A stretch of 64,000 bases of DNA. Source: Hydrolagus colliei. Lineage: Eukaryota. The notes under the pieces are model-generated. The model did not search any database. It was not told the origin of the DNA and saw only the letters and a program-made list of their open reading frames with translations. A program made the position numbers and the translations under genes. Location: positions 1,426,001 to 1,490,000 of the forward strand of contig CM068759.1 in the NCBI GenBank assembly GCA_035084275.1, in the 5' to 3' direction. Position 1 is the first letter of the stretch. Every line of letters starts with the position of its first letter. Shown here piece after piece: positions 49,049 to 61,239 of this stretch.

Positions 49049-50321
49049 CCTTCTGTGGTTCTATTGTAGTCGTACCTTCTGTGGTTCTATTGTAACGCGG
49101 ATAGCGCATTCTGCACAGTTGGAAAGTGTAGTGGGAGTTGAAAGATTGCGTTACCAGGACAGCAGTAAATGCACATGATTTTTTTTAAAAAAAACTGATT
49201 TTATATATATATATATATATAATATAATCCCTCAAAACGTTGCATCTACTGTATATTAAAATGCATATCCTCTACCTAGTCAAACGATTTAAAACATACA
49301 TACCCTGCTACTTTCACTCCAGCTTCAAACAAGAAAGAAAAGGGGGCAGAGATGTGGGTTGCTAAGCAATAGGATGCGTAGCCAATGGATTGAAGGCTGT
49401 GCGTGCAATTGTTGGGGCTGTGCATTCTGATGCAAAGGACTCCAGTGATTTGTGACCTGGATTTTACAATTGGGAACGGGCTCCTCCTGATCCGGTCAGG
49501 CCAAAAAGCCGCAGACCTACGAGTGACTCAACTCTCCCACTTTGTGCGTGTGTGTGTGTGTGTTGTGTGTTCGCAATCTCCTAAGAAGCCGGGACAGTCA
49601 TTTGACGCAACGGATTCACGTCACCTTGAAAGACGGATCAACCAGCTTCTCTCGATTGCGCTGCCAACTCCGTCCACACGAGAGGCTGAAAAATGTTGCT
49701 GGGAGAAAAAACACACTTTGTTAAGAAATCGCGATACCCGGTCGGAGGTTGATTGCACGTACGATTGTGCGATTGAACCGAACCTAGTTCTGATGAAGAA
49801 ACAATGCCATCTCTAAGGCGCAGCTCACGTTTCCGATTACCTTTAACCACAACCGCCACTTGCGTTGATATAGTGCCTGCCTCCCACGCAAGCTAGCGTC
49901 CCAGCGCATTTAATAGCTCGCTGCGTTTCGTTCTGACATTATGTACAGTACTTTCCTGCTGGGAGTTTAAGGTAGCATCTGACCAATGCGCTGATTGTTT
50001 TGCGACTGGTGTTGTTTTGAATGGCGTTTTGTCTTTACACGCAAGAAAAGCCTCGCGATGGCAAATCAGACAGTGTTCTGTCTGTCTTAGCAAACAGCTG
50101 CCCGGGCTCAAAATGCCTCAAAATTGGTTTTGACTGGGTTTTTTTTTTAAAAAAGAGAAAAAAGTTTGGAACATTTGTTGAATATTCATCATTATAATTA
50201 AAAGGTAATTAGGGACTTTGAACTATATCCATTTATATTCATTATCTTTTTCTGCGCAAGTAGATTACACATAAAAGGCCTTCACAACAACTTCAACCTT
50301 TTTATGCGGACGACAATGATT

Positions 50322-50420
50322 ACAATAGTGTTGTCAGTTCGCTTTACAGTGGATTCTGTGAAGCGCTTTGAGACGTCTAGAGGTCGTGAAAAGCACTGTA
50401 TCAAATGCAAGGATTATCAT
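50322..50420 (+). mobile_element. SINE tail
   Basis: TCTGTGAAGCGCTTTGAGACGTCTAG...AAATGCAAGGATTAT. Confidence 0.85.
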
Positions 50421-51156
50421 TCTTCATATTATTTATGAATCCCTTAATTTTCACACAACATTGAAATGTGAATGATGGGACGAAGGGGAAAAATTTACGT
50501 CAGTTGTTTGTCGATAAGAGGAGTCGGCTCAAAGGTTCAAATGGGTAGATTTTCTGTGAGACTGTTGATCTTTCATTCAACAACAACAAAAAAAATACAG
50601 ATGATCCTATTCTCTCCTTACCCGTTCGTCGGTGGGTGTAATTCGGTTGACACAAGGTGACGTGCGATGTTTCAGGGTTGAACTATTTTTTCGGAGAGAG
50701 AGAGAGAGAAAAAACGAATGTAAAACTTTTGAATGGAGGAGGAGGGAAAAGACTTGTGTCAAAAGTTGTTAGAAAGTCATTCTGTTGAACTTGGCTTGAT
50801 TTCACTCCCGCACAGTGCGCCGAGTATGCGCACCAGATTGGCAGACGGCTGCACCCATTGAAGGGGACTCATGCGGCATTGGACGAGTGCCAGGGTTTAG
50901 TGGGACGCTTGCCACAATTGGGCTGCGCAGACTTGACAGGAAGAACCTGCGAAAAGACCTCCGACAGATTGAATAGCACTCGATGCCCACATTTGTTTTT
51001 GTAGTGCAGTGCCAGGGATCACTTCATGAAAGAAAAGCTTGACTGGGCCCTTATCATCAAGTGGGCTGGTGGTCTCATTGGCATGGCTGACTTCAAAGCC
51101 AGAAAGCAAACCTGTAACTTGCGGCATGCGATTTCACAAGTCCACTCACTCTCTCG

Positions 51157-51187
<31 letters not shown>

Positions 51188-51449
51188 GCACACACACACA
51201 CAGGCCAAACAAACTCACAGCCAGAGGACACTTCATCACTGTACGCACAGCTCTGTTTAAAAGGTGTTAACCCATTTCCCCCTGGACGTCACCGCACTTC
51301 AGAAAGTTTGCATCACTTCCGAATCAAAACCCGCATCTCTGCATCGGAGAGTTAGTTATATCAACGGATCCGATTGGCTTCAATACGACAGTAATATATT
51401 GATACTGTGCGCCAGATATTTGTTTCATTGGGTATTCGTAAGGAACTAT

Positions 51450-51565
51450 ATTATAATAATGATTTTTGCGTTTGATGCAGGGTTTTATAACGTCTTCTAG
51501 CCATCTCAAAGCGCTTCACGGAATATACCGTAAAGTGAATAGGCCGTATATTTTGCGGGTGAAAT
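51450..51565 (-). mobile_element. SINE tail
   Basis: TCTCAAAGCGCTTCACGGAATATACCGTAAAGTGAAT. Confidence 0.8.
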
Positions 51566-51754
51566 ATAACGTTTGCTTATTGGATTGTACAATTGCTTAT
51601 TGGATGAATATGTCCAAATTCACAGATCACTTTGTTCCAAGATGGGCCGAACGACCTTCTTTCTCACTGTGCACTAGATTTCTCTGGTTCTAAAGATCTC
51701 AGTCGAAACCATCACCCAGCACAGCAATACTAAGCCTTGGAAATCATTTGATTG

Positions 51755-52030
51755 CTGGTCCAATTCTCAGTCTGCGTTGAAGTTGCAGCCCTGGGCTAAA
51801 GAGGGGGGGAAAAACAATCAACCACGGGTGCTATAGTGCTGATCGATATGAATTAACCCTCACCGGACAATACCCGTGTGGACTTTGAGTGAAAACAGCA
51901 TTAGACTCAGCTGCAATGCTTTCCTCAGTTGAATACCCTGCTTGACACTCGCTGTCAAGGCTCACACATGAATAATGGCCGTTTGAGTCAGGAAACAGGA
52001 GGGTTGCTAATACCCAAGGAACCACAGCCA
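51755..52030 (+). mobile_element. Ancient SINE, AmnSINE2-like
   Basis: CCCTGGGCTA..GAGGGG, CTGATCG.TAT, GTGTGGAC and GACACTCGCTGTCAAGGCTCACACATGAATAATGGCC are colinear with the recalled AmnSINE2 consensus. Confidence 0.65.
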
Positions 52031-52375
52031 AGCTGGAGACCACTCTCAGGAGGGGAGGATGGAAAAGAGGGAAATAATGGTGGGGGATTTGGGGGGGGTG
52101 GGGGAGGGGGAGAAAGGATTTTGCTTCCGCGCTGGACGTTGACTTATTTGTAACTTCATTGGTTAGTTGCGATTTCTCAGGTGACTAACGATTGACGAGC
52201 AGGAATGAATTTGACTTTAAAAATCCTGGTGCCATTTGCATTGATAACATATTTGTGAATAGATATAGTGCAGTACAAATGCACAGTCAGGTCTGTGAAT
52301 AATTTAATACATGAATTATTGGTTAACCATTTGTGCTACTGTTTTCAGATTGAGGGGAATCCAAACATACAAATA

Positions 52376-52482
52376 TAGAAACAGGAGTAGGCTATTCAGC
52401 CCCCCGAGCCTGTTGCGCTACTCTATAACATCATAGCTGATCTGTACCTCAACTCCAATTACCCGCCTTTGCCCTGTATCCT
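52376..52482 (-). mobile_element. CR1-type LINE 3' end
   Basis: ACAGGAGTAGGCTATTCAGCCCCCCGAGCCTG...GCTGATCTGTACCTCAACTCC. Confidence 0.78.
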
Positions 52483-53865
52483 GGGTGTTATCGTGTTAAT
52501 GTGTTAATCTTTTTAACCGAGCATCAATACGGGATTTAAATACATTCACAAAGTCACCAATTTCTTTCTCTGAGAAACTGAGACAATGAGAGGGTTAATG
52601 CGCTGTGAATATATTGTTGTACAAGCTCCATGGCAACACGGGGGCTAATTAGTAATTAAAGCTGCCACCAACTCACTGAATCAAAGATTTATATTATTGC
52701 ATAAAGGTTGAGAGCGCAGCTGATGTCTGTGTTTTGGTGTTTGTTGGGGTGCAATGCACTGGAAAAATGGATTGGAACCCATCTCAGATTGGTGTAACAT
52801 AGCTCTTATGAATATTTCATTAGCTTTCGGTGTTCTTAGCTGAATGAGCAGTATTATGCAAATGGGATGAGGATACACACATCAATTACAAACCCAAAGT
52901 GACCTGAATCGTACTCACTGCTCCCACACATTTTTTCCCTAATTCAGATTATTTTGTTTGCCAAATCTGAAAACAGTAGCTCAAATGGTTAACCAACTTT
53001 TTAAAAATATAAATATTATATAGAGTATATAAAAAAATGATGTATTTCCACAGGTACACCACAATCCTGTCTATCTCTCCCTATGTTCCTCCTGCTGTGA
53101 TATTTCGGAGCTGCTCTCTGTATCTCTGGAGTTACAAATAAACAAGAATGTTTCATCATTTGGGTTTTACACTGATAGTGTCCCAGGATTAAATAATCTG
53201 GATTTCTTTCAATTGAATGGGTAACTGTTGTTCCGAACTATCCCTTCTTCATTCGATCTTCTTGGCCCTACCAGCTACACATTTGTAATTGAATTATAAA
53301 ACCGAAAGAGTTTATCATCTTTAGGGGCAATCTGTATCGTTAATGTACGGCGCAAATACAATTGGCGGTTGTGACATTTGAAGTTGTAGGTCCTCATCAA
53401 ATTTTTAATGGGATTTAAATAAAAAGGCGCGCCTTGATAAGGAACAAAAACACAAAAATAGGATAAAGTCTACCAACTGAAAGAGTTAGAAAATTGAACC
53501 AGATAAGTATTTTTCAGTTTTATCTCTATTTTTATGCTATGTCGATTTGATGTTGTTTTATTCACTACAAATGCAAATGTTTGACTCATCTTCAACTGGT
53601 TACATTATTGACCAAATGATTTCTCCAATAAAAATTGCCATCGGGCAGTAGATGAATAAAATAACAGACACATCTAACCTCTGTTACCTCTGTTGGGAGG
53701 CTAACTGTATTTATTGTACAGACTTCTCAACAGGAAAACAAGTTTATTTCCATTGCTTACCAGTGATGGTTGTTATGTTTTTGCCTCAATTCAATTTGTT
53801 TTCTCCCTGTTCTGAATATGTTGAGTAAATTCTTAGGTTTGGTTCCATGGGCACTGAGAGTAGAC

Positions 53866-54090
53866 AATAATAATAATAATCCTTGCATTTGATATAGCTC
53901 TTTTCACGTCTTCTAGACGCCTCAAAGCGCTTCACAGAATGTACTGCCAAGTGAATTGACTGTATATATTTGTGGGCGAAACGCAGCAGCCGATTGCACA
54001 CAGTAGTGTCCCACAAACAGTCGTGGATTGAAATGACCAATTTTATTATTGTTTCTCTTTGAGGGATTATTATTAGGGATTATTATTAGG
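53866..54090 (-). mobile_element. 5'-truncated SINE
   Basis: High-identity tail and body. A decayed + strand tail follows at 54110-54230. Confidence 0.9.
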
Positions 54091-56360
54091 CAACTCACCT
54101 ATAAGCATTTATCCCCCACCTCCCTCCGAGATACACCGTCAATCCACTTCACAGTCTAATCTATGAAGCACTTTGATGCATCTCGACCACGTGATAAGGT
54201 TCTATATCGAATCCAAAGATTATTATTATTAATGGCAAGAGTGGAAAGGGATCACAGCTGCGCTCACCTTGTTCTCACCAGATCAAGGAATAGAAGCAAT
54301 CACTAACTCACAAACAGGAAGGAGAACTGTGACTGAATGTTGTTTCTAGATGTACAGAGAAGTAGGCAATAATAATCCGACCAATGGAGCAATAATAATC
54401 CGAGCCTTAATCAGTGGCATAAGAGTCAGAAGGAGAGGAGAAGAGAGAACATTGGAATAGAATAGAGGCAGAGGAACAATTAACATGATTCGCAAAGGAT
54501 GAAATGTGCTGGAAGAATTAAAATTGTGTCTATCCAGACACAATAACACAGCGTGTTATTTTTAATAAAATTGTACGATAGTTTCAAAAATATCTTTTTA
54601 ACAGATAAACACAAATTTACATTACGTACAGAATGAATCAGCCTGGCTCATTCTTAAATCTATTTTTAAATGCAGCACTGTGTAACTGCTCCAAATATAA
54701 AACAATGGTTATAGCATCATCAGGAACACAATTTCAGGCAACGTGATCTTAGCTGAAGATTTGAAAGCAATATTAACCAGGACTAACCACATTTTGTTTT
54801 GATTGCCTTTAAAATGCTTAATGTTTTTTGAGAATGTACTAACCACTGTTTCACAATGGGCAGTTACTCTACCACTTACTGATTAATTTTAATTCAATAT
54901 TGAACAAGGTTCTTTAATATTTTACACGCACATAAAAAAATCCACCCATTATACTGGTACTCACATCCTAGAAATTCCCATCAAAAATATAATTACTGGG
55001 AGCACACAAAGATTTTAAATATACAAGATGCTATATACAGCTCATCTGATTCTGTGTGTCTAACTCTCCCTAAATACCTCTTTGCTCTTCATGTTGTGAT
55101 ATATCATAGTATCCTATAAATATACCACAGAGCTTTATCCCTATGAACGGTCCATTGGACCCGATTAACCTGATCTCAATAACTACTTTGGACCAACTCC
55201 TAACCCTGATTCTCCTTTAATACATTATTAACTGATTCCCATGAATTTAACACAGTGCTCTTTGATCCCAAAAGCATCATAAATACATGCAACTATCTAT
55301 GACTGACCAGTAGGTTTATGATTTGGGGAGGAAATATATGGCTGTGTATAAATATACCTCCTGATAAATGTGCTTGAAGATCACAGCAACACTGACTTGC
55401 TATTTCCTGCGAGTGTAGAAAATACTAATACCTATTTGCAGTAAAATCTGTTTATTTTTTGCGAAAGCATTTTGTTTTTTCGAAAGCTATAGAGATTTTT
55501 GGAGGTGGGGGAGAGGCATTGAGTAGCCTTACAGATATGTTGAGATAACAATAGAAAGATTCGTAATGTTTTATCTCTGAGGTTTAGTATTCCGCAAGGC
55601 AGCACGATTGTTCCACATGATTAACCCTTTCTGGGCTGCTGGCGTGATAATTCATCAAGCGTTAGACTTGGGGATGTTACATCAAGATTGACCTGGACAT
55701 GTTAGAGATGTGACCAGAAGCATCTTTACACTTCTAGCCCTTAATTGACTGAAAAATGGGTTTTATTACTTGCTACTGTGGATTAATTATGTCACATTAA
55801 CCAGAAAAAAATATAAAATGCAAAAGGGAATGAGGGGAAACAAAGGGAAGATATTAATACTTGGTTGAATTTGATTCTCTGGAATACATCACATATTTGA
55901 TCACAAACTATTGGAAATGTCTAAAATGACCCTTGACTCAAATATTGTTTTTATTGTGGAAAAATATATCTAAATATACTGAAAGAAACTACCAATGTAC
56001 AAACTGTAGGAAGGTGTTTCTTTGATTTCAATAGTGTTTTCATTTTTTAAATAGAAAAAGTTTAAGAGGTAACTGAATATGATTAGTTCCCAATAATTTT
56101 ACATGTTGTTTTTCTTTTATGTAACGAACAATTAACTGGACAACCTACTTCACACATTTTTGTAATTAAACATTTTGTGAAAGTGAACTTCACCTTAGCA
56201 ACATTTAACATTGACACTCAGTAATAATAATCATTGCATATGATATAGCACCTGATCATGTCTTTGAGATGCCCGAAAAACAATAAAATCGAAGATTTAT
56301 CTTGACAAACAATGAATAGATATTAAAATTGATTTTGCGCATAGGTAACTTCAGCTGCTT

Positions 56361-56424
56361 CAGTGCCTTGGGATGTCCTCTGACCTGAAAGGGTCTCTAC
56401 AAATGTAATTTTATTGTTGTTGTT
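56361..56424 (+). mobile_element. L2 3' tail
   Basis: CAGTGCCTTGGGATGTCCTCTGACCTGAAAGG...(TTG)n. Confidence 0.8.
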
Positions 56425-56569
56425 CAAAGTTTAAAATAATAAATCTACGACAAAAAAAATAAATCTAAATTTTTTTTTAAATGTTTCCAAGCAGGATTTT
56501 TTTTAAAGCTAATAGACTCAAAACGGCCATTCAATCCCTTTTGGTGACTTCAACTCCATCTACTTGACA

Positions 56570-56684
56570 CATTTCGCCCACAAATATGCAGCCAATTCAC
56601 TTTACAGGATATTCTGTGAAGTGCTTTGAGACGTCTAGAAGACGTGAAAAAGTGCTATATCAAATGCAAGGATTATTATTATAA
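56570..56684 (+). mobile_element. SINE 3' fragment
   Basis: Family tail. Confidence 0.88.
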
Positions 56685-57041
56685 TACAGTATTATTATCT
56701 TGCTTTATCTTCCAAGTAGAGAGCAATTTAGGCAACAAGCAATCCAAACATTTAGGATTGGTATCTGCTCTATAAAGATTCAATTCCATTTGCTATTTTC
56801 TCATTCGTTTGAATTTTACGGCTCGAGAATAAAATAATCGTATTGAAGAATAATCATTTAAAGAAATAATAATAATAATGATACTATTCACCGGATTCTG
56901 TGTTTAGTGGATTCTTTTGTCACCGGCAATAAAAAAAAATCAGTGGAATTCGATTTGCAAAGCTGAATTCTGTAAGCATTTGTTGAGTTAGTGGGTGGGT
57001 ATCACAATGCACTGAAATGAAATGAGTTTCAAAGATCCGAG

Positions 57042-57171
57042 AACAACAACAACAACAAAATTGCACTTATTATAGCACCTTTCACGTCGGGAGGACGTCC
57101 CAAAGCGCTGAAAAGGACAAGGACACGATGGGCTGAATGGCCTCCTTCTCTGCTGTATAATTCTATGATTC
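57042..57171. mobile_element. L2 tail (-, 57042-57110) adjacent to CR1 tail (+, 57125-57171)
   Basis: TTCACGTCGGGAGGACGTCCC and GATGGGCTGAATGGCCTCCTTCT...ATTCTATGATTC. Confidence 0.8.
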
Positions 57172-57659
57172 AATGCGAATCAAAGTGGGACATGCGAATA
57201 TCCATATCCCCCTTGTAACTGAAGGGAAAGTGGGTGACACATCTGATAGGCCGACAGAGTCAGAAACAGGCAGGATGAAAAGAAAGGAAACAAAAGGAGA
57301 GATTAGGAGGATTATATGCGAGGTTTAAGGAAATATGTTGCTAACGGACCAGCGATGGATATAAAATTCGCTCAAGCTTGGTGGAAATGAGTTGCTAATA
57401 GCTGTAACCGTGAACAATAGAGGCAGCTGAGGAGATATGAAAACAAATTAAAACGAAAGGCGATACACGTAATTTTAATAGTTTTTTTGCTTTATAGCAA
57501 CGATTGGGTGAAGGAGGCGTTTCAGTTGCCACGGAGATGTTCCCAATAAGCGGTTTCTACTGTACCAATACTGATTGCCATTCGTGGCTCTGACTGTGTA
57601 GGATGAGGGTTGCAGACACTCTGGTATTACATCTAAGGCCCCAAGGTTGAGGGTATTAT

Positions 57660-57983
57660 GAGTCCAGTAGCTCAGTGGTTAGAGCACTCGCCTTACAAGC
57701 AGGAGACCTGAGTTAAATTCCAGGCAGGCCAGGGAGAAACCTTGGGCACATTTCTGTACTCTACATGCCTGATAATAATCCCTCCAAAAAACAATAATTA
57801 ATTGGTCATTACAATCCACGACTGTTTGCGGGGACGCTGCTGTGCGCAATTGGCTGCCGCGTTTCTCCCACGAATATACAGTCAATTTACTTCACAGTAT
57901 ATTTGGTAAATGCGCTTTGAGACGCCTACAAGACGTGAAAAGCGCTATATCAAATGCAAGGATTATTATTATTATTATTATTA
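57660..57983 (+). mobile_element. Full-length tRNA-derived SINE
   Basis: GTAGCTCAGTGGTTAGAGCACTCGCC head to (ATT)n tail. Confidence 0.93.
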
Positions 57984-58091
57984 CTCCAGGTCACGTCTGA
58001 GTTACAGCATAACCTTGGATTTATAACTTGAAACCTGCAGTTATTGCCTGCAGTGGGAGAATGCTTCTGTGAACAGTAAGAGGTCCTTTTT

Positions 58092-58278
58092 AAACAAAAA
58101 ATTGTCACTGAATCCACGACTGTATGTGGGACACTGCTGTGCGCAAATGGCTGCTGTTTTGTTTCGTCCACAAAAATAGGCAAGTCAATTTGCTTTCCGG
58201 AAATAATCCCGTGAAGCGGTTGGAGATGTCTCAACGACGTGATAAAGCGCTACATCAAATGCAAGGATGATTATTATT
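58092..58278 (+). mobile_element. SINE 3' half
   Basis: AATCCACGACTGT..GGGACACTGCTGTGCGCAAATGGCTGC. Confidence 0.85.
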
Positions 58279-59721
58279 TTTCTTATGTCCTGGTACTAAA
58301 TACAGTTTAGATATTCCACATTTTCCCATTGTCAGTACATAACCACGCCATGACTTCAATTCAGCCAATAAGGTCAGTCACTGAAGATTATTGCCCACTG
58401 ACGTGGAAAGCCAGCTAAAAGGGAAACACACATGATGGCTGTTCGGTCAGTTACATTTAACAATTTCGCTCAAAGCTATAACAGATACAGGAATATGTAC
58501 CCATATATTCCTACGTTGCTACTTTTGTTTTGTGCGCTAATGGGATATCTTCAGATTTGTCTAATAGTCTAGTCAATTAACAACATATTGAAATGAACAC
58601 CACAGTATTGAATGAAGATTATTCTGAGGCTGACAAATTTTCACATTTTTTTCTCACAGAATCATTCTGGGTGACGTAAATCTATATTTGGATATTGACT
58701 GTTAATTTATTTTCCAATCTGTGATTAACACAATCTTTATTCCTGTCCTGCTATTCACAAACCCAAACCACATGAAATCCAATGGAATTGAATTCAAAGA
58801 CTTTAGAATGTTAACCAGGAGAATTTAATAACTGCCCTTAGTGAGCCATAACCCTTGCAAGTCTATTTAAATTTTATTCTCTGTAATTCAATCTAACTAC
58901 AGTTTTCTATTCTCACTGTGTCATGTGTGCGTGTGTGTGTTTGTGGATGTGTTTGTGTGCGACTTTGTTCACACTCCTTTGCCATTGTCCTTCCACTGAC
59001 CACAGAGACCCATCTATCACACACGCTATCAGATTCCCCAGTCCTAATAGCATGTGTGTTAACTCGTTGACTGCCGCCACTGTGCATCCAGCCATCAGCT
59101 GCAGCATATTCTATGTAGATTGAAAACGGATCCTCTTTATCCTATACACATACTCAAAATAATTCAGAGACACATCCATACATTTAAGCATGTTATTTAT
59201 ATTATCTACGGTATCCAAGGCAACGGTTTATTTAATGCACAGATAAACTGAACACTGCTTCAGTCAGGGTGTTGTACAGGGCAGCAAACTGGCAGCTTTG
59301 TACTGTACTGAGTCCTTTCGGGCTACAATAAAACGTTACATCCAATTATACCAAATGCAAATATTATTATCATAAAGGTGAAGTTCAAATCTAACTTCAC
59401 ACCAACTGGGGTTAAACACAGGAAAATCCTTGGGAGGAATTCATTCTGAGTATCCTTACTATTACTGTACTCCACAATATGCCATTTGAATTACATAATA
59501 CTGTATTAATAATTTGTTTTAATTGAAAGCTATCTTCAATTATGCTTGCAGTGCAAACAAAGCAGATTTGAAATAGGGATAAGGTCCAATTTCCTACCAA
59601 TAACGCAGCATTTTATTCGTGAACGAGTTGGTAAGAAGAACAGCCTAAATGGGGAAACTAAGACTTCTTGTCTCGAATGTTCCCCTACTTGATCTCTTGT
59701 CTGCCCTCAGTACAACTGGCT

Positions 59722-59798
59722 TTTAAGATGTCTCGAAGATGTGATAAGGTGCTTTATCAAATGCAATTATTATTATTATTATTATTGTTACTATTATT
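59722..59798 (+). mobile_element. SINE tail
   Basis: GATGTCTCGAAGATGTGATAAGGTGCTTTATCAAATGCAA(TTA)n. Confidence 0.75.
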
Positions 59799-61102
59799 AG
59801 ATGTGCCCAAGGTTAAATGAGATGAGTTAAGGGGGGTGATAAAACTAGAGAAGGGGAAAGAAGCAATAAACAAGGACCTATGTTGAAATTATTGGGACAA
59901 GTAATTACTGTGAATAAACTTGTAGCAAAAAAAACGTAATGGTAAAATGTAGAATTTTCCTTAAATTCTAATTATGTTGCTATCATGTTCTCGAACAGTG
60001 GGGTGGGGGGTGGGAGAGAATATCCCCAGGTGTGTTTTTTTGAAGGAGTGCTGTTTAATAAAGAGAATAATTCACAGGGATCTGGATGAATATTCTAGAA
60101 AGGAAAACATGGCCACAGTACAAGACCATTAGGAGGTTGCTCAGTGATGCAAGGAGCATTCCTCAGTTGACATGCAGTTGACTTTGTACATCATATGAAG
60201 CTTAAATGACATCCTTGGTTCATCGCATAGCCTTCATGTGTGTTGTAAGAATATTACATTTAATTTTAAATGCATTGATTTCTTTTAATTTACTGCACCA
60301 TTTAATCTCACTGTTACATTAAAATATCTAATAATCGGTGTTTCTCCCACTTCAGTGTGTTACCGAATGAGAAATGGCAACAAAAAAAAAAGCGATGGGC
60401 TTGGCTTGAGAAATGAGTGAGAAACTGTGGCGAATTTTTGCCACCAAACAAATCCGTAATTTAACGTGACTGCACATGCCTGCGACGTTTGAATGTGTCA
60501 AATATTCAAATCTAAACAATTCCAATGTGTGGGCGCATGGCTTATTATTGTTTTGTGGCTCATTGTGAGGAAATTAGAATCTGGACTGCGACCAATCTGA
60601 GAAATATGGTGCTCCAGAAAAATTGATTCATTTTGCATCGGAGGAAACAGCGGTGATTTATCAGGTGGGTTATTAGGTGTTTCTGCACCTGTGACACCTT
60701 TGCCTGAATCCAAACCTCAAGGATTCAGGGTCACTGAAGCAATATTGTCAGCACATCTTGGTTCTATGTCATAATCAACTGAAACATAAAAGGTAATAAA
60801 ATATTCAAATGTGTCTGGCCCTTTCCAAAAGCCAATTTCTTTAAAAGAGCGTTTGGGATTCAACCCAGTTTCCGAACTGATTTAATTTGTTGTTGTTGTT
60901 GATGATGATGATGATGCTGGAGTCTGTTATGTCAGCTGCTGATGTTAACTCACATTGCAGCTGATGCAAAGAAGCTTTCCAATCTTTTTTACTCTCCCCG
61001 CACCCCCACACCCCAATTGTTTGAATTGGATTGAAAAAACAATTGTAATTGTGAATGATGTGATTGTGTAGTTGCTGAGAGCCCAGCGAGCAAAATCTCT
61101 AG

Positions 61103-61239
61103 TTTTTTTTTTGGAGGGTTTATTATTAGGGGTGCGGAGTAAGGAAACTTGCCCAAGGTTTTGCCCTGACCTGCCTGGATTCGAATACAGGTCTTACGCT
61201 TGTAACGCGAGTGCTCTAACCGCTGAGCTGCAGGACTTC
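61103..61239 (-). mobile_element. SINE 5' half (tRNA-like head)
   Basis: GAGTAAGGAAACTTGCCCAAGG...GGATTCGAA...GTGCTCTAACCGCTGAGCT. Confidence 0.9.

Noticed and set aside
49048-49094. 21-bp direct repeat ACCTTCTGTGGTTCTATTGTA with a 5-bp spacer
   Set aside because: Only two copies next to an L2 5' truncation point. It is a local duplication, not a CRISPR-like array.
53866-54230. Adjacent inverted SINE pair as a dsRNA/editing substrate
   Set aside because: The second copy is short and diverged, and nothing shows that the region is transcribed.
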